A DNA stretch of 64,000 bases from Torpedo marmorata (lineage: Eukaryota). Below the pieces are notes generated by a model. It was not told the origin of the DNA. It was given only the letters and a program-made list of their open reading frames with translations, and made no database searches. Within the stretch, counting starts at the first letter, position 1. Every line of letters starts with the position of its first letter. The translations under genes were made by a program, and so were the position numbers. The stretch is from positions 30,876,001 to 30,940,000 of the forward strand of contig OZ360246.1 in the NCBI GenBank assembly GCA_977017645.1, written 5' to 3'. Shown here in pieces: positions 61,800-64,000 of this stretch.

Positions 61800-62235
61800 G
61801 CCATATGAGGAGAGACCAAGCTTCTTTTCCTTGGAGCAGAGGTGGATGAATGGGAACCTGACAGAGAAATATAAAGTCAGTGGTGAGGGGGGGGGGGGGG
61901 GGGGTGGGTGTCAAAGACAGATATTGGTGAAGTTTGTCCCATGGCAGAGGTGTCTTGGATCAGAGTAGAGGTTTAAGGTGAGCAGTAAAAGGCTTAGGGA
62001 GGATATGATGAAGAATTTCATTTCACTCAGTGGGTGCTTGAAGTCTGAAACGCACTACCTGAGATGATGGAGGAGGCTGGTACTCTCAACATTTAGGAAG
62101 CAACTGGGCGAGCAGCTGAATCGCCAAGGCATAATGGGCTATGGACCAGGTGCTGGTAAATGGGATTGGAAAAGATAGGCTCCAAAGATAGACATGGTGG
62201 GCCAAAGGGCCTGCATTCATGCTGTATGATATGAA
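61800..62235 (+). mobile_element. Decayed CR1 3' fragment
   Basis: FSLEQR remnant; 3' end GACATGGTGGGCCAAAGGGCCTG..TGCTGTATGA; contains a poly-G run. Confidence 0.65.
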
Positions 62236-63362
62236 TACTGAGGCAAATTTATAAATGCTGACAAATTTTCCATTAGTTGGTAGCAAAACTATTTTCCTGT
62301 TGGAGTGAGGGGAAACTCCATTACCATTTTACCCCCTTGTCATTTGCCAGTCGACAATAAATAAGCATCTTGGCCAGGTGAACAAACCAGAGCAAAGGCT
62401 TCGGCCAAAGCTGCTCCATAATTTTTGCTGAGTGTTGGGCAAAGGAAATGGTGACTCATCCTCTCAATGGCAAGCTCTTGGTGTTTGGTCTTAGCTCCAC
62501 ACTGATAAAGTCACCAATATCAATAGCATGTGGGACTGTAAACCTGAATGCTGCTTGAATGGGAGAATGCTGTGGAAGCAGCAAGAAGACACTGCAGATA
62601 TGAATGAATGAATGCACATTTTGGTCCAACATCACAAAAATACCTCAAATGTATCTTTCCATTGGTTGCAATGTAGTTTGGAACATCTTGAGCAAACCTT
62701 TACTTTCTTTTCCATTTGGTCAATTAAACTTCAGAAAAGAGAGAGTATATTTATAGAATTTTCCTCCAGGCACAAATGGATGGGTAGATTCTATGGAAAG
62801 GGCTCAATTCGTTTTTTCTCCCCATTCTGAACCATATAGAGTGCCATCCTTGAAGCTTTAATATACTATACTACATTACTCAATATCAGCAATGAAAATT
62901 AAATTGAATTAATATTGCTGTTTGGATACTGAAGCAATTTCCATAGAATTAATTCTGCTTAAATGAGAAATGATGCAGAGTGCTTTCAATAGTGTTCTCT
63001 CTTCAAATCACAGAAAGTGACAGATGAGTGAAATGGAAGAATTCACTTTCACTTCTTTTTTCCTGTGTTGAGTAAGAACCAAGCAAAATAATAGCAAAAA
63101 ATTCATTTAGTTTTTCCAATAAAAGCCACTTTTGTAATGGTTCAGGAACACTACAGAGTTGAAACATGTCTATAATTCACACATTTCTGGAACCCTTGGC
63201 TTTAACATAACCATTCAATAAACCAGTCTTTATTTTCCTCCTCACTTCAAATTCCTTTGAATAATTTTCTGTTCCAATATTGATAGCATAACCAAACATA
63301 ATGTACGACAAATAAGGAATCGGCTTATGCTCTACAGTTGAAATTATATGCACAATCTCTAC

Positions 63363-63437
63363 CTTTAGATTGCAGTAAAGCTTTACGACAATCTTCCAGG
63401 TTAAATCCAAGATCTTGGAGTCGATCCAGCTGCAACT
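63363..63437 (-). CDS. VPS13D: VPS13D coding exon 1a (most 5' in window): (E)LQLDRLQDLGFNLEDCRKALLQSK, UBA domain
   Basis: UBA signature L..LGF....RKAL, diagnostic of VPS13D among VPS13 paralogues; G|GTAGAG donor in phase with 60608; acceptor ccaaaag|AG (could be 2 nt further in). Not in the ORF track in this frame. Confidence 0.9.
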
Positions 63438-64000
63438 CTTTTGGAAAAAAAGTAAAAGTTGATGCATAATTTGACCTACCAATCTCTGTGTTCCATATTA
63501 ATCAGTCAATTTAAGCATTGCAATTAAACTCCTATGTAATTCAAAAGAGCACCTCGAAATCACCTCCATTACATATCTGATTAGTAGAAGCAACAGAGAT
63601 TTTGTTCTGAAAATGTAACTCTGGGGAAAATGTGCAAAGCTGACAAAACCTGTTACATCAATGTGCATTCACTCAATCCTAATTATGATACAGCCATCAT
63701 GATATAATGCTTCTTGAATGGTTTTGAATGGGAAGGATTGTTTTAAAATTTGGTCCAAATTGGACTTTTCTCCCATTTTCAAACTTGAATTAACTTAATT
63801 TTGCATATTATCAAATAAAAAGGGCAAAAACTCATTTTTACTTCAATTAACCACAAAGATGCTCTTAAATTCTTCAATTACATGAGGTTATTCCAGCAAC
63901 ATATATAGAATATTTTCTTAAATGAAAAATTGTGAAATTATTTGATAGGCTGGCTGAGTTACCTGTTTACCATGATCTTAAAATCAGCTGAGAATGGTGT

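Noticed and set aside
1-64000. A second host gene, nested snoRNA/miRNA, or a novel multi-gene system
   Set aside because: All convincing coding signal is explained by VPS13D exons or transposable elements; the remaining short ORFs lack recognisable motifs. Small RNAs cannot be excluded without an Rfam/Infernal scan

Overview
Vertebrate nuclear DNA, almost certainly a cartilaginous fish (inferred from HE1/V-type SINEs and the CR1, Rex1, L1 and Penelope repeat mix). The whole window lies inside one minus-strand gene, VPS13D. I traced 28 consecutive GT-AG coding exons (63437 down to 2791; 3972 nt, about 1324 codons) with consistent intron phases. They encode the UBA domain, the VAB/SHR-BD repeats, the ricin-B-like insert and the start of the C-terminal region. 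Both gene ends are outside the window. The introns are dense with transposable elements, and there is one 470-nt assembly gap. I found no prokaryote-type system, CRISPR array or second host gene. The most unusual items are mobile-element chimeras: a TIR/TA-flanked MITE carrying decayed class III (ERV-L-like) retroviral RT sequence; a TSD-flanked Penelope derivative with an intact GIY-YIG ORF but no RT; a two-family L1 chimera inside a single TSD pair; and hammerhead-like foldback Penelope remnants. Comparisons with human VPS13D and repeat families are from memory, not from a database search.
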